A program made the position numbers and the translations under genes. DNA of 32,000 bases from Ktedonobacterales bacterium (GTDB lineage Bacteria; Chloroflexota; Ktedonobacteria; Ktedonobacterales; JADMIN01), in contig CP126532.1 of the NCBI GenBank assembly GCA_030167145.1, forward strand, positions 1,920,001 through 1,952,000. The letters are read 5' to 3'. Below the pieces are notes generated by a model. The model worked only from the letters and a program-made list of their open reading frames with translations, searched no databases and was not told the origin of the DNA. Below, piece by piece: positions 7,336 to 15,847 of this stretch; positions within the stretch are counted from its first letter, which is position 1, and every line of letters starts with the position of its first letter.

Positions 7336-9388
7336 TGCGCCGCTCCACTGGTAACATCACGGATATGCGCGTGCCACCGGTTTCGCGGTTCCGCGCCGCC
7401 ACACGCCCGCCATGCCGCTCGACAATAGACTTGACGATCCACAGCCCCAGGCCAACACCGCCCTGCTCTGGCTCTTCGCCCTCCGCGCGCACGAACCGTT
7501 CGAACAGCCCGGACGGCGCGTGCATGGGAAGCCCTGGCCCGGCATCCTCAACCCAGAGCGCAACCTCCGTCTCGCCTACCGCCCCGCCAATGGTGATCGT
7601 CGTGCCAGCGGGCGCGAATTTGTTGGCATTCGCCAGCAGGTTGACGAACACCTGCGTGAGCCGCGCCGCATCGCCGGAGACCGGCGGGAGCGGATACGGT
7701 AGCTCGACGGCGACCTCCTGCCCGCGCAACTCCAGCAAGGGACGTGTCAGATCTACCGCCGCCTCTACCACATCTTCCAGCGCGACCGCCTGGCGGCGCA
7801 GCGAGTCTTTTCCCGCTTCGATACGCACGCTTTCCAGTAGATTATCTATCAATTGCGTCAACCGGAGCGAGCCGCGCTGGAGCGCATGCGCCAGTTGGCC
7901 GATCTGCTCCATACTCAGGTCGGGTAGCTGGTCCAGCAGCAATTCGATGGAGGCCAGTTGCGCCGCAAGCGGCGTCTTGAACTCATGAGAGATGTTGGCC
8001 AGCACCGTGTCGCGCAGACGGCGGGTCGCCTCCACCTCGGTCTCGTCGCGCAGCACCTGCACTTGCTGCGCCTCAACCGGCGCGGCGCTGGTGATGACGA
8101 CGGTGCGACGCGAGCCATCCGGCGCGCAGAGATGCTCGGTCGCGCTGGCTGCGCCCCGAAAGCGCGCCTGCACAATCGGGCACTGCTCTTCACAGGGACG
8201 AACGCCGTTACGACGTTGCGGGTTCAGCACATCGCCGCAGAAGCGCCCCAACGCCGCATCGGGCGCGATGCCCAGTAGTGCCGCCATTTGTGGATTGAGG
8301 TAGCGCATGCGCCGCTCGCGGTCTACCGTGAAGACACCCTCGACGACACCGGTAAGAATCGCCTCGGATTCTGCCTGCTGGCGGCGCAGGTCGCCGGTGA
8401 GCGTCAGCAGCCGCCCGCGCATCTCTTCGAGCGAGGCTGCGAGCGTGCCAATCTCAGCGCCAGCTTCCGGGCGGATGGGTGTGGTCAGATCGCCCTCGCC
8501 AATGCGCGCGGCGGCCTTGGTCAGCATAAAGAGTGGCGCACCCATGCGCCTGCCGATGATGAAGCTGATCGCAGCAAGCGCCCCCGATACACCCATCGCC
8601 AGCAGCAACAGCGTCTGGACGAGCTGGCGTAGCGAATCCGTAGTGCTGGTAGACGGCAGCAACGTTTCCATCACACCGATGACGTTGCCAGAGAAGTCGC
8701 GCACCGGCTGAATGGCGATGTAATCCGCCGGAGCATCGAGGCGCGCGGTGGCTGCCATGCCTGTGGCGAGTACACGAGCGCGCAGGGCCGCGCGCGGGCC
8801 GCTGGCAGACGCGAGCGCGGCGCGGCGGTCGAGTATCGCGACGGGCAGCGCAATCTGCGCGCTGAGACGCTGCGCGAAGGCATCGTTCAAGACCTCTGCC
8901 GTGAGGACCGTCGTATCCGCAAGGGTGGGAATCGCGGCCCATCCGCTCAGCAGCAGCGGGCCATCTGGCGGCGATTGGAGGGCGGGCGCATCGCTGGCAG
9001 GGTGCGTGGACTGTAGCGTCGCCCACGGCAGCGCAGCGCCGCTGGCAACGAACACACGCCCATCTACGAGCACCGCGCAGCCGTCGAGGTGGCTAGACTG
9101 GCGATATTGATCCAGATAGGCGACCAGTCCAACGTTATCGGCAGTTTCGATGAGATGCTTGAGAGTTGGACGCTCGGCAAGCACCTGGGCAGCGGTCAAC
9201 GTATCATCGCCAGAGCGTTCGAGCGCGTGCTGCGCGCCGACGCCCGCCTGTGCGACGCGCGCCAGCGATTGCTCGTCCGCAAGCTGCTGCAGGAGATGCA
9301 CGGCGACGAGCGCGACCCCCGCGACGGCAAAGAGCAGGAGCGCAACATTGATGGTGACGAGCAGCGTGCTGAGCCGGAAGCGGCGCAT
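7313..9388 (-). CDS. sensor histidine kinase (2 TM, periplasmic domain, HAMP, Cys-rich PAS, HisKA, HATPase)
   Basis: H-box ISHEFKTPL; N/G boxes NLLANANKF and DAGPGL...GGVGLGL. Start chosen at MRRFRLSTLL (9388); an alternative TTG at 9478 lies 5 nt after the cysW stop. Overlaps the regulator gene by 23 nt. Confidence 0.88.
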   Translation of the reverse strand: MRRFRLSTLLVTINVALLLFAVAGVALVAVHLLQQLADEQSLARVAQAGVGAQHALERSGDDTLTAAQVLAERPTLKHLIETADNVGLVAYLDQYRQSSHLDGCAVLVDGRVFVASGAALPWATLQSTHPASDAPALQSPPDGPLLLSGWAAIPTLADTTVLTAEVLNDAFAQRLSAQIALPVAILDRRAALASASGPRAALRARVLATGMAATARLDAPADYIAIQPVRDFSGNVIGVMETLLPSTSTTDSLRQLVQTLLLLAMGVSGALAAISFIIGRRMGAPLFMLTKAAARIGEGDLTTPIRPEAGAEIGTLAASLEEMRGRLLTLTGDLRRQQAESEAILTGVVEGVFTVDRERRMRYLNPQMAALLGIAPDAALGRFCGDVLNPQRRNGVRPCEEQCPIVQARFRGAASATEHLCAPDGSRRTVVITSAAPVEAQQVQVLRDETEVEATRRLRDTVLANISHEFKTPLAAQLASIELLLDQLPDLSMEQIGQLAHALQRGSLRLTQLIDNLLESVRIEAGKDSLRRQAVALEDVVEAAVDLTRPLLELRGQEVAVELPYPLPPVSGDAARLTQVFVNLLANANKFAPAGTTITIGGAVGETEVALWVEDAGPGLPMHAPSGLFERFVRAEGEEPEQGGVGLGLWIVKSIVERHGGRVAARNRETGGTRISVMLPVERRNEDSGGG

Positions 9389-9483
9389 GGGCAAGGGTCC
9401 GTGTTGAGTACCGCGGGCATGGGCGCGGTGCGCGCAAAGCTGGCCCATCGTAGCACACCAACGCGCGAGCGCGGCCAAACGGG

Positions 9484-10323
9484 CTAGACTCGCGCCCGTT
9501 TGCGTAGGCGTTCGATGCCAAACACCAGCGTGAGCGAGAGCAGCCCCAGCACCAGTGCGACGCTGAATGCGGCGCTATCGTTGCGGTTATCCAGCGCGCG
9601 GAAGATGTAGAGCGGAGCCGTTTCGGTGGACCCCTGGATATCGCCGCCGACCACGAGCACCGCGCCGAACTCGCCGAGCGCGCGGGCGAAGGTCAGCGCC
9701 ACGCCGTAGAAGATGCCCCAGCGCAGCGCGGGGAAGGTCACGCGCCAGAACGTGCGCCACGCGCTGGCGCCGAGCGTGGCCGCCGCGTGCTCTGGCTCCT
9801 GGTCGAGTGATTGCAGCAATGGTGCGACTTCGCGAATCATCAGCGGCAGGGTGACGAAGAGTGTCGCCAGGACCATGCCGGGCACAGCGAAGGCGACCTG
9901 GATGTTGAGCGCATCGGTCAGCGGGGCAAACAGCCCTTGCGCGCCGAAGAGTAGCAGAATGATGTAGCCCACGACGACCGGCGAGATCGCGAACGGCAGG
10001 TCAATCAGCGCGTTCAGCCAGCGGCGTCCCCGGAAGCGATGCCGCACCAGCACCCAGGCGACCACTGTGCCGAATATGGTATGGACGGCAACGGTGATGA
10101 GGCTGATCTGGAGCGTCAGCGAAAAGGCGGCTTGCGCGTCGGGGTCGCGCAGCGTAGCGAGCAGCGCGCCCACCCCATGCGAGAACGCGCCCACGATCAA
10201 TGCGCCCACTGGCGCGAGAATCAAGATCGCCACATAGGCGACGACGATGCCGATGAGCAGCCAGCGCATGCGCTGCGCGACGGGCGGCTGTGTGGTGATT
10301 GTCGCTGAAGACAGCAGCCTCAT
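9484..10323 (-). CDS. cysW: sulfate ABC transporter permease CysW
   Basis: MRLLSSATITT... with six hydrophobic segments and the EAA loop region EPEHAAATLGASAWRTFWRVTFP. Its ATG overlaps the cysT stop (ATGA at 10320-10323). The upstream 148 codons of the track ORF overlap cysT and are discarded. Confidence 0.9.
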   Translation of the reverse strand: MRLLSSATITTQPPVAQRMRWLLIGIVVAYVAILILAPVGALIVGAFSHGVGALLATLRDPDAQAAFSLTLQISLITVAVHTIFGTVVAWVLVRHRFRGRRWLNALIDLPFAISPVVVGYIILLLFGAQGLFAPLTDALNIQVAFAVPGMVLATLFVTLPLMIREVAPLLQSLDQEPEHAAATLGASAWRTFWRVTFPALRWGIFYGVALTFARALGEFGAVLVVGGDIQGSTETAPLYIFRALDNRNDSAAFSVALVLGLLSLTLVFGIERLRKRARV

Positions 10324-11168
10324 GATGTCCTCCTGGCGCTGCGCCGCTGAAGCAGCCCCACCAGCACGATCAGCCCGAAGGCGATGGCGAGCAGCACCAC
10401 CGACATCGCGCTTGCGCCAAGCTGATCGGAGGATTCGATCTCGCCAAGGACGTAGACCGCCGCTGTCTGGGTCTGGAAGGGGATATTGCCTGCGACGATC
10501 ACAATCGCGCCGAACTCGCCAATGCCGCGCGCGAAACTGAGCAGCGTCCCGCTGAGGATGGGCACGCTCAGCGCGGGCAGGATCACTCGCCGGAAGGTCG
10601 TCCAGCCGCCAGCGCCAAGCGTCGCGGCGGCGGCCTCCGGCTCGCGATCCAGGTCTTGCAGGACGGGCTGAATCGCGCGAACGACGAACGGGAAGGTGAT
10701 GAAGAGCAGCGCCAGAATGATGCCCGGCGGCGCAAAGATGATGTTGATGCCCAGCCGCTGGCTGAGCCACGCGCCCAGCGCCTGCTGCGGGCCAAACAAC
10801 ACCACGAGCATCACGCCAGTGACCAATGTGGGGATGGCAAGCGGCAGATCCACCACAGCGTTCAGCAGCGGCTTGCCGGGGAAGTCATAGCGCACCAATA
10901 CGTAGGCCGTCAACGTGCCCATCACCGCATTGATGGCCGCCATCAGCGCGGAGGTCCAGAGGGTGAGCAGCAGCGCGTGCCAGGCGATGGGCAGTGTAAC
11001 CGCGTGCCAGAACTCACCCAATCCCGCGCGGAGATCGTCATGAAGAATTACGAGCAAGGGGATGATAAGCATGCTCCCCAGGTAGATCAGAGCGCCAGAG
11101 CGCAGGCTCCAGCGCCCCCAGGGCAGCGGCGCGAGCGGTGGCCGTTTGTCGAGTGTCGCGGTGGTCAT
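10320..11168 (-). CDS. cysT: sulfate ABC transporter permease CysT
   Basis: MTTATLDKRPP... permease with REPEAAAATLGAGGWTTFRRVILP. Start at 11168, 4 nt after the sbp stop. Confidence 0.9.
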   Translation of the reverse strand: MTTATLDKRPPLAPLPWGRWSLRSGALIYLGSMLIIPLLVILHDDLRAGLGEFWHAVTLPIAWHALLLTLWTSALMAAINAVMGTLTAYVLVRYDFPGKPLLNAVVDLPLAIPTLVTGVMLVVLFGPQQALGAWLSQRLGINIIFAPPGIILALLFITFPFVVRAIQPVLQDLDREPEAAAATLGAGGWTTFRRVILPALSVPILSGTLLSFARGIGEFGAIVIVAGNIPFQTQTAAVYVLGEIESSDQLGASAMSVVLLAIAFGLIVLVGLLQRRSARRTS

Positions 11169-11172
11169 GTAC

Positions 11173-12210
11173 TCATTGTCCCTGCACGGCCGCAAGCGCC
11201 TGCACGTAGATGCCACTGTCGCCGAAGAAGCTCGCTTTGACAGCCTTCCAGCCGCCAAGGAAATCAATCGTCCAGAGATCAGTCACTGCGGGATACTTGG
11301 CTGCGTTTGCCTGCGCGACAGTGGCATCTATGGGGCGGTAGCCGGAACTAGCGAAGACCTGTTGGGCGGCGGGCGAGGCGAGGAAGGCAACGAACGCCTC
11401 GGCGACCTTGCGCGTGCCATGACGATTCACGTTGGCATCTACCACGGCGGCGGGCGTCTGGATCAGAATCGTCGAAGTAGGTATCACCAGATCGTCATCT
11501 TTCCCGGCGGCCTGCGCGGTGAGTACCTCACTCTCATACGTGATGGCCACGTCGCCCACGCCTTGCTCGAAGTTCGTGATACTGGTACGCGCGTCTTTAT
11601 CGAAGGCTTTGACATTCTTGAGCACCGCTTCGAGGAAGGTGAGCGCGGCATGAGGGTCGTTCTGGGCTACGCCGGTCACATACCCGCGCATGGCCGCGCC
11701 GTAGAGCGCGAGGATGTTCCACTGCGCGCCGCCACTGGTCTTGGGGTCGGGCGTCAGAATCTGGATGCCGGGACGCGCCAGATCGGCCCAATCGTGGATG
11801 CCCTTGGGATTGCCCTTGCGAACGGCGAACGCGACGATGGAGGTGCTGACCATGCCTTTGGTGGGCGTGTTGGTCCAGTCATGGGTGATGAGACCCGCTT
11901 TAGCAATCGCATCCACGTCTGGCGCGACGGAGAGGGCGGCGACATCGGCCTGGAAGCCGTTGACGATGGCGCGCGATTGCGCCCCGGAGCCGAGATAGGA
12001 TTGCTTGAACGTGACATCTTGCCCGGTTTGCTGCTTCCACTGTTGCTGGAACATGGGAATGAGCCTGGCATAGACCTCCTGCGGCGCGCTATAGGCGCCA
12101 AGAATCAGTGTGACGGATTTGCCATTGGCTGAGGCATTCGCGCCACATCCGGCCAGCAGCGTCAACAGCGAGCAAGACACCAATAGCGCCGCGAACAAGC
12201 GTTTCATCAA
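11173..12210 (-). CDS. sbp: sulfate/thiosulfate-binding lipoprotein (Sbp/CysP family)
   Basis: Lipobox LLAGC in the signal peptide. Sbp-like blocks SYLGSGAQSRAIVNGFQADVAALS and KGNPKGIHDWADLARPGIQILTPDPKTSGGAQWN. Confidence 0.9.
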   Translation of the reverse strand: MMKRLFAALLVSCSLLTLLAGCGANASANGKSVTLILGAYSAPQEVYARLIPMFQQQWKQQTGQDVTFKQSYLGSGAQSRAIVNGFQADVAALSVAPDVDAIAKAGLITHDWTNTPTKGMVSTSIVAFAVRKGNPKGIHDWADLARPGIQILTPDPKTSGGAQWNILALYGAAMRGYVTGVAQNDPHAALTFLEAVLKNVKAFDKDARTSITNFEQGVGDVAITYESEVLTAQAAGKDDDLVIPTSTILIQTPAAVVDANVNRHGTRKVAEAFVAFLASPAAQQVFASSGYRPIDATVAQANAAKYPAVTDLWTIDFLGGWKAVKASFFGDSGIYVQALAAVQGQ

Positions 12211-14117
12211 AACCTCTCCTCAACAAGACTGCGGGACTCGATAGATGCCGCGCGCTCGGTCGCGGCAGCGGCATAGGGTGAGCGCACGATGAGCACGGGA
12301 TAGGTGGCTGCGCCACTCACGAAGGCGCGGATTTTCGAGGACGCGATGGGATAGAGCGGCGCGCCGAGCACGAGCAGGTCATAGCGACCCTTATCCATCT
12401 CCGCTTCGATGACCTCGCGCAGTGCGCCAGCGCGCATCGCGGTTTCAGCGGAGACGCCCAGCAGGGCAAGTGTCCGCGCGCCAGCATCGAGGAAACGCTG
12501 GGTTCGGTCGGTGGTAGCGTCACCGTTCGCTTCATCCGCCAAGACAGAAAGCAGGGTTGCCTGTGCGCCAAGATGGCGAGCCAGCCGCCCGGCGAAGAGC
12601 ACATCGTCTTTGCTCGGCTCGCCGCCAGCCACGCAGATCAAGGCGCGCGTGGGCATCGGCGCGCCATCGCGCGGGACAATCAGCACGTGATGCTCGCCAC
12701 TCTCCAGCGCCCGCTCGACGAGTTCCATCGTGTTCTCAGCGCCGCCAGGAATCGCCACGATGTCATAGGGCTGGCGCTCCACTTCGCGAACCGTGGCTAT
12801 GGCGGGCGTATCAGCCGATGCGCGCGTTTCCAGCGCGGGCAGATGAGCGAGATGCGCTTTTACGGATTCGAGGCCAGCCTGAAGCTGCGCCTGCGTGAGG
12901 CCAGCGCCGAGGACGGTGACACGCGCATGCGCCAATTGCGCGAGTTGTCCCCCGAAGGTGAGCGTCGCCTGATCGGCGGCTCCGTCGGTGACGAGCAGCA
13001 GACTCAGCCCCGGATGCGCCAGCGCGTGCATGCGATGCACCCCGACCCAGGCAACATCGCCGGGGCGCAGCGGGAAGCGCCGCGATTGCTCTTGCGAGCG
13101 CACGGCATCCAGCGGAAGATAGTCGCTGCCGAAGGGCGCGGCTGGCGCAATGGCGCGGACACCAGGGAGCGGGGGCAGGCGCAGCCGCAGACGTTCGTAT
13201 GACCCGGCGAAGGCGCTTTCTTCGACCACCGCCTGGCCGAGTGGGGGATCGGCGAGCGCCTCCGCCGACGCGGTGAGCGCGATGTCTTCAGGGCGGAAGA
13301 GCACCTGCACGCGGCGCGTATCATGTGTTTGGCGCGCGTCGCCAGAGAGCGGAAAATGCAGCGGTCCAACCTGGACGCCGGTTGGTGTGGTCTCACCAAC
13401 CAGGAGATTGGCCGAGCCAAGGAAGGTCGCGGCGAATTCGGTCTGCGGGCGCAGATACAGTTCAGTGGGTGGGCCAGCTTCCAGCAGCCGCCCCACGTTC
13501 ATCACGCCAAGTTGGTCGCCAAGCTCAAAGGCTTCTTCCTGGTCGTGGGTGACAAAGATGGTGGTGATGCCCAATTCACGCTGGATCGCGCGAAGGTTGC
13601 GCCGCATATCTACGCGAATCTTGGCGTCGAGCGCGCCGAATGGCTCGTCGAGCAAGAGCACAGCCGGGCGAGGCGCCAGCGCGCGGGCCAGTGCGACCCG
13701 CTGCTGCTGGCCGCCGGAGAGTTGACGCGGCAGGCGGTTGCCAAGGCCAGCCAGCCCCACGAGATCGAGTAGTTCCTCGCGACGGCGGCGGCGCTCCGCC
13801 GCTGGCATGCCGCGCACGCGCAGGCCGAATTCGATGTTCTCGGCAATGCTCATATGCTGGAAGAGCGCGTATTGCTGGAAGACGAAGCCAATGCTGCGCT
13901 CTTGCGGTGGCAGATACGTCACGTCGCGGCCGTGCAGCGACACTTTGCCGCTCTCGATGCCGGTGAGGCCCGCGATCATCCGCAGCACGGTGCTTTTGCC
14001 GCTGCCGCTCGGCCCCAGCAAGACGAAGAAGTCGCCGTCGGCCACTTCCAGCGAGATGTTATTCACGACGGGGCGGCCATCATACCGCTTCGTCAGGTGT
14101 TCGAGCACGATAGACAT
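12207..14117 (-). CDS. cysA: sulfate ABC transporter ATPase CysA fused to two C-terminal USP-like domains
   Basis: Walker A GPSGSGKST, signature LSGGQQQR, Walker B LLLDEP, and a TOBE-like middle region. About 260 extra C-terminal residues follow, with two USP-like units (LSLLLVTDG...HHVLIVPR; ALICVAGG...YDLLVLGA...YPVLIVR). Start taken at MSIVLEHL (14117); the ORF opens at 14129. Confidence 0.85.
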   Translation of the reverse strand: MSIVLEHLTKRYDGRPVVNNISLEVADGDFFVLLGPSGSGKSTVLRMIAGLTGIESGKVSLHGRDVTYLPPQERSIGFVFQQYALFQHMSIAENIEFGLRVRGMPAAERRRRREELLDLVGLAGLGNRLPRQLSGGQQQRVALARALAPRPAVLLLDEPFGALDAKIRVDMRRNLRAIQRELGITTIFVTHDQEEAFELGDQLGVMNVGRLLEAGPPTELYLRPQTEFAATFLGSANLLVGETTPTGVQVGPLHFPLSGDARQTHDTRRVQVLFRPEDIALTASAEALADPPLGQAVVEESAFAGSYERLRLRLPPLPGVRAIAPAAPFGSDYLPLDAVRSQEQSRRFPLRPGDVAWVGVHRMHALAHPGLSLLLVTDGAADQATLTFGGQLAQLAHARVTVLGAGLTQAQLQAGLESVKAHLAHLPALETRASADTPAIATVREVERQPYDIVAIPGGAENTMELVERALESGEHHVLIVPRDGAPMPTRALICVAGGEPSKDDVLFAGRLARHLGAQATLLSVLADEANGDATTDRTQRFLDAGARTLALLGVSAETAMRAGALREVIEAEMDKGRYDLLVLGAPLYPIASSKIRAFVSGAATYPVLIVRSPYAAAATERAASIESRSLVEERF

Positions 14118-14201
14118 CGGCAACCCCATGAGTATTTCGCAACAGGCAGTACACCCGCGCGCATCTCGCCCAGACGAGACACCGCACGCTCATCAGTGTT
14201 C

Positions 14202-14262
14202 AGAATACGCTGGCTTGGTTCCAAAAGCGGTTCCATTGGCGTTCCAAAATGGTTCCAAAATG
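14202..14262 (-). promoter_or_regulatory. four tandem TTTTGGAACC-type direct repeats abutting a -10-like TATTCT; putative activator-dependent cys operon promoter
   Basis: Minus strand reads CATTTTGGAACC ATTTTGGAAC GCCAATGGAACC GCTTTTGGAACC, then 9 nt, then TATTCT (14207-14202). There is no -35-like hexamer at the expected position. Confidence 0.45.
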
Positions 14263-14312
14263 CTGAGCAATAGGGGTATCGCCGGACGCCAGCAGCATAT
14301 GGTTGTGTCGCC

Positions 14313-14342
14313 TTGACGCCGCTTGCGGGGGAGCGCCACAAT
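14313..14342 (+). promoter_or_regulatory. possible sigma70-type promoter for the FAD-oxidoreductase gene
   Basis: TTGACG (14313-14318), 18 nt spacer, CACAAT (14337-14342), about 40 nt before the start codon. Confidence 0.25.
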
Positions 14343-14378
14343 CGAAGAGCAATACTTGAGATGAGGAGCGATCAAGGA

Positions 14379-15800
14379 ATGGGCGGTACACCAGCTATGC
14401 GATACGATGCGGTGATCGTGGGCAGTGGGATGGCGGGGCTGCTGGCAGCGCACCGGCTGCTGCGCGAGCGGCCCGGCGCGGCGGCGTTGATCGTGGACGC
14501 TGGCCCCGCGCTGGATGCGCGCAATCGCTATGGCACGGGCGAGTGGGGCGGCTATGGCGGCGCGGGATTGTTCCTCGGCGGGCGAGTGTACCTTGGCGCC
14601 GCGACAATTCCGGTGTTGCCGCCGCTGAGCCTGCCCGCTGGCGCGCATGTGGTGCTGGAAGGCAAGGCGTATGCGGAGCGAACCCGCGAAGTGAATGCGC
14701 TGCTCGACCGCCTCGGCGCGCATGCGCCGTTGCGCGACACGCCGAACGAAGGCGTGACGCAGGCGATGGAACGCGCGGCTGAGGCGGGGCTGGAATACGT
14801 CACCAGCTATCCGGCACGCTTCCTGAGCATCGAAGAGCGTATGGGCGTGCTGCGCGCACTGCACGACGAACTAGGCGCGGCAGGTGTGGGCTTTCGCTTT
14901 GGCGCGCCAATGACGGCGATAGCGCGGACCGTAGAGGGCTACCGGCTCACGCTGGGAACAGCGGAGGCGGCGGCGAGCGAAGACACGGCGCAGAGCATTG
15001 AGACGCGGGCGTTGCTGCTGGCGCCGGGGCGCTACGGCGCGGAGTGGCTGGTGCGCGTGGCGGGCGAACTGGGCGCGGGAGTCGTGCCGCTAGCGCCCGC
15101 GTTCGGAGTCCGTATAGAGGTTCCCAGGGCGGCGTATGCGCCGCTGACGGATGTGAACCCCGACCCGCGCTTGCAGCGGACGTTAGAAGACGCAGACGCT
15201 ATGGTCAAGACGTATGCGACCTGCCCCGGCGGCATCGTCACGGCGGTCGAACGCTACGGGAGGCTGGTGGCGAGCGGTGTGCCGCTGATGGGCGAGGAGC
15301 GCACGCCGAACACCACCTTTGCGGTGCTGGTGCAGCCAGGGGTGCGCGGCGCGGCGGAGCGATGGCGCGGGGGTGAGGCGAGTGCGGCGCTGCTGAATGA
15401 GCGCGCACCGGGGCGGCTGGTGGTTCAGCGGCTGGCGGATATGCAGGCGGGCAGAGCGACTATGGCGGCTGCACTTGCCGCGAACAGCATCGCGCCGACG
15501 AACCGCGCGGCGCAACCGGGCGCGCTGCACGACGCCTACCCAGACGCCTACTGGCGCGCGTTTGAAGATCTGCTGGCGCGTATCGAGCGGCTTGCGCCGG
15601 GGGTTGCTACCGGCGACACGCTGCTCTACGGTCCGGCGGAGGAGCGATTCTGGTACTTCCCGACGGATGAGCGGCTGCAAACGACGCTGCCCGGCCTCTT
15701 CGTCGCGGGGGACGGGCCGGGGCAGAGTCAGGGGATCGTGCAGGCGGCGGTGACGGGGCTGCTCGCGGGCGAGGGCCTCGCCCGCCACCTGGCTGGCTAG
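14379..15800 (+). CDS. FAD-dependent oxidoreductase (uncharacterised FAD-dependent dehydrogenase type)
   Basis: Dinucleotide fold YDAVIVGSGMAGLLAA and the C-terminal motif LFVAGDGPGQSQGIVQAAVTG. Start 14379 has GAGGAG 10 nt upstream; alternatives are 14313 and 14397. Confidence 0.75.
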   Translation: MGGTPAMRYDAVIVGSGMAGLLAAHRLLRERPGAAALIVDAGPALDARNRYGTGEWGGYGGAGLFLGGRVYLGAATIPVLPPLSLPAGAHVVLEGKAYAERTREVNALLDRLGAHAPLRDTPNEGVTQAMERAAEAGLEYVTSYPARFLSIEERMGVLRALHDELGAAGVGFRFGAPMTAIARTVEGYRLTLGTAEAAASEDTAQSIETRALLLAPGRYGAEWLVRVAGELGAGVVPLAPAFGVRIEVPRAAYAPLTDVNPDPRLQRTLEDADAMVKTYATCPGGIVTAVERYGRLVASGVPLMGEERTPNTTFAVLVQPGVRGAAERWRGGEASAALLNERAPGRLVVQRLADMQAGRATMAAALAANSIAPTNRAAQPGALHDAYPDAYWRAFEDLLARIERLAPGVATGDTLLYGPAEERFWYFPTDERLQTTLPGLFVAGDGPGQSQGIVQAAVTGLLAGEGLARHLAG

Positions 15801-15847
15801 CTGGCGTGCCGGTCGCGGCGATGAATGGCCGACGCACAGTACGCTAG

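Noticed and set aside
9484-10770. 428-aa ORF suggesting a much longer CysW
   Set aside because: The first 148 codons overlap cysT in another frame and read as Arg/Ala-rich, low-complexity GC-artefact sequence. An ATG at 10323 overlapping the cysT stop gives a normal 279-aa permease.
11146-12132. 328-aa plus-strand ORF opposite sbp. The same applies to 4805-5626 and 5557-6057 (minus strand, opposite the CoA-transferase genes) and to 6535-7428, 17361-18032 and 30407-31177 (plus strand, opposite the regulator, hemE and uvrC).
   Set aside because: All are antisense to genes with strong family signatures and have biased, low-complexity composition. They are treated as non-coding.
14217-14262. Sigma-54 type -24/-12 promoter suggested by the TGGAAC strings
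   Set aside because: There is no GG-N10-GC element with the TGGCAC-N5-TTGC spacing. The signal is a four-fold direct repeat, not a bipartite promoter.
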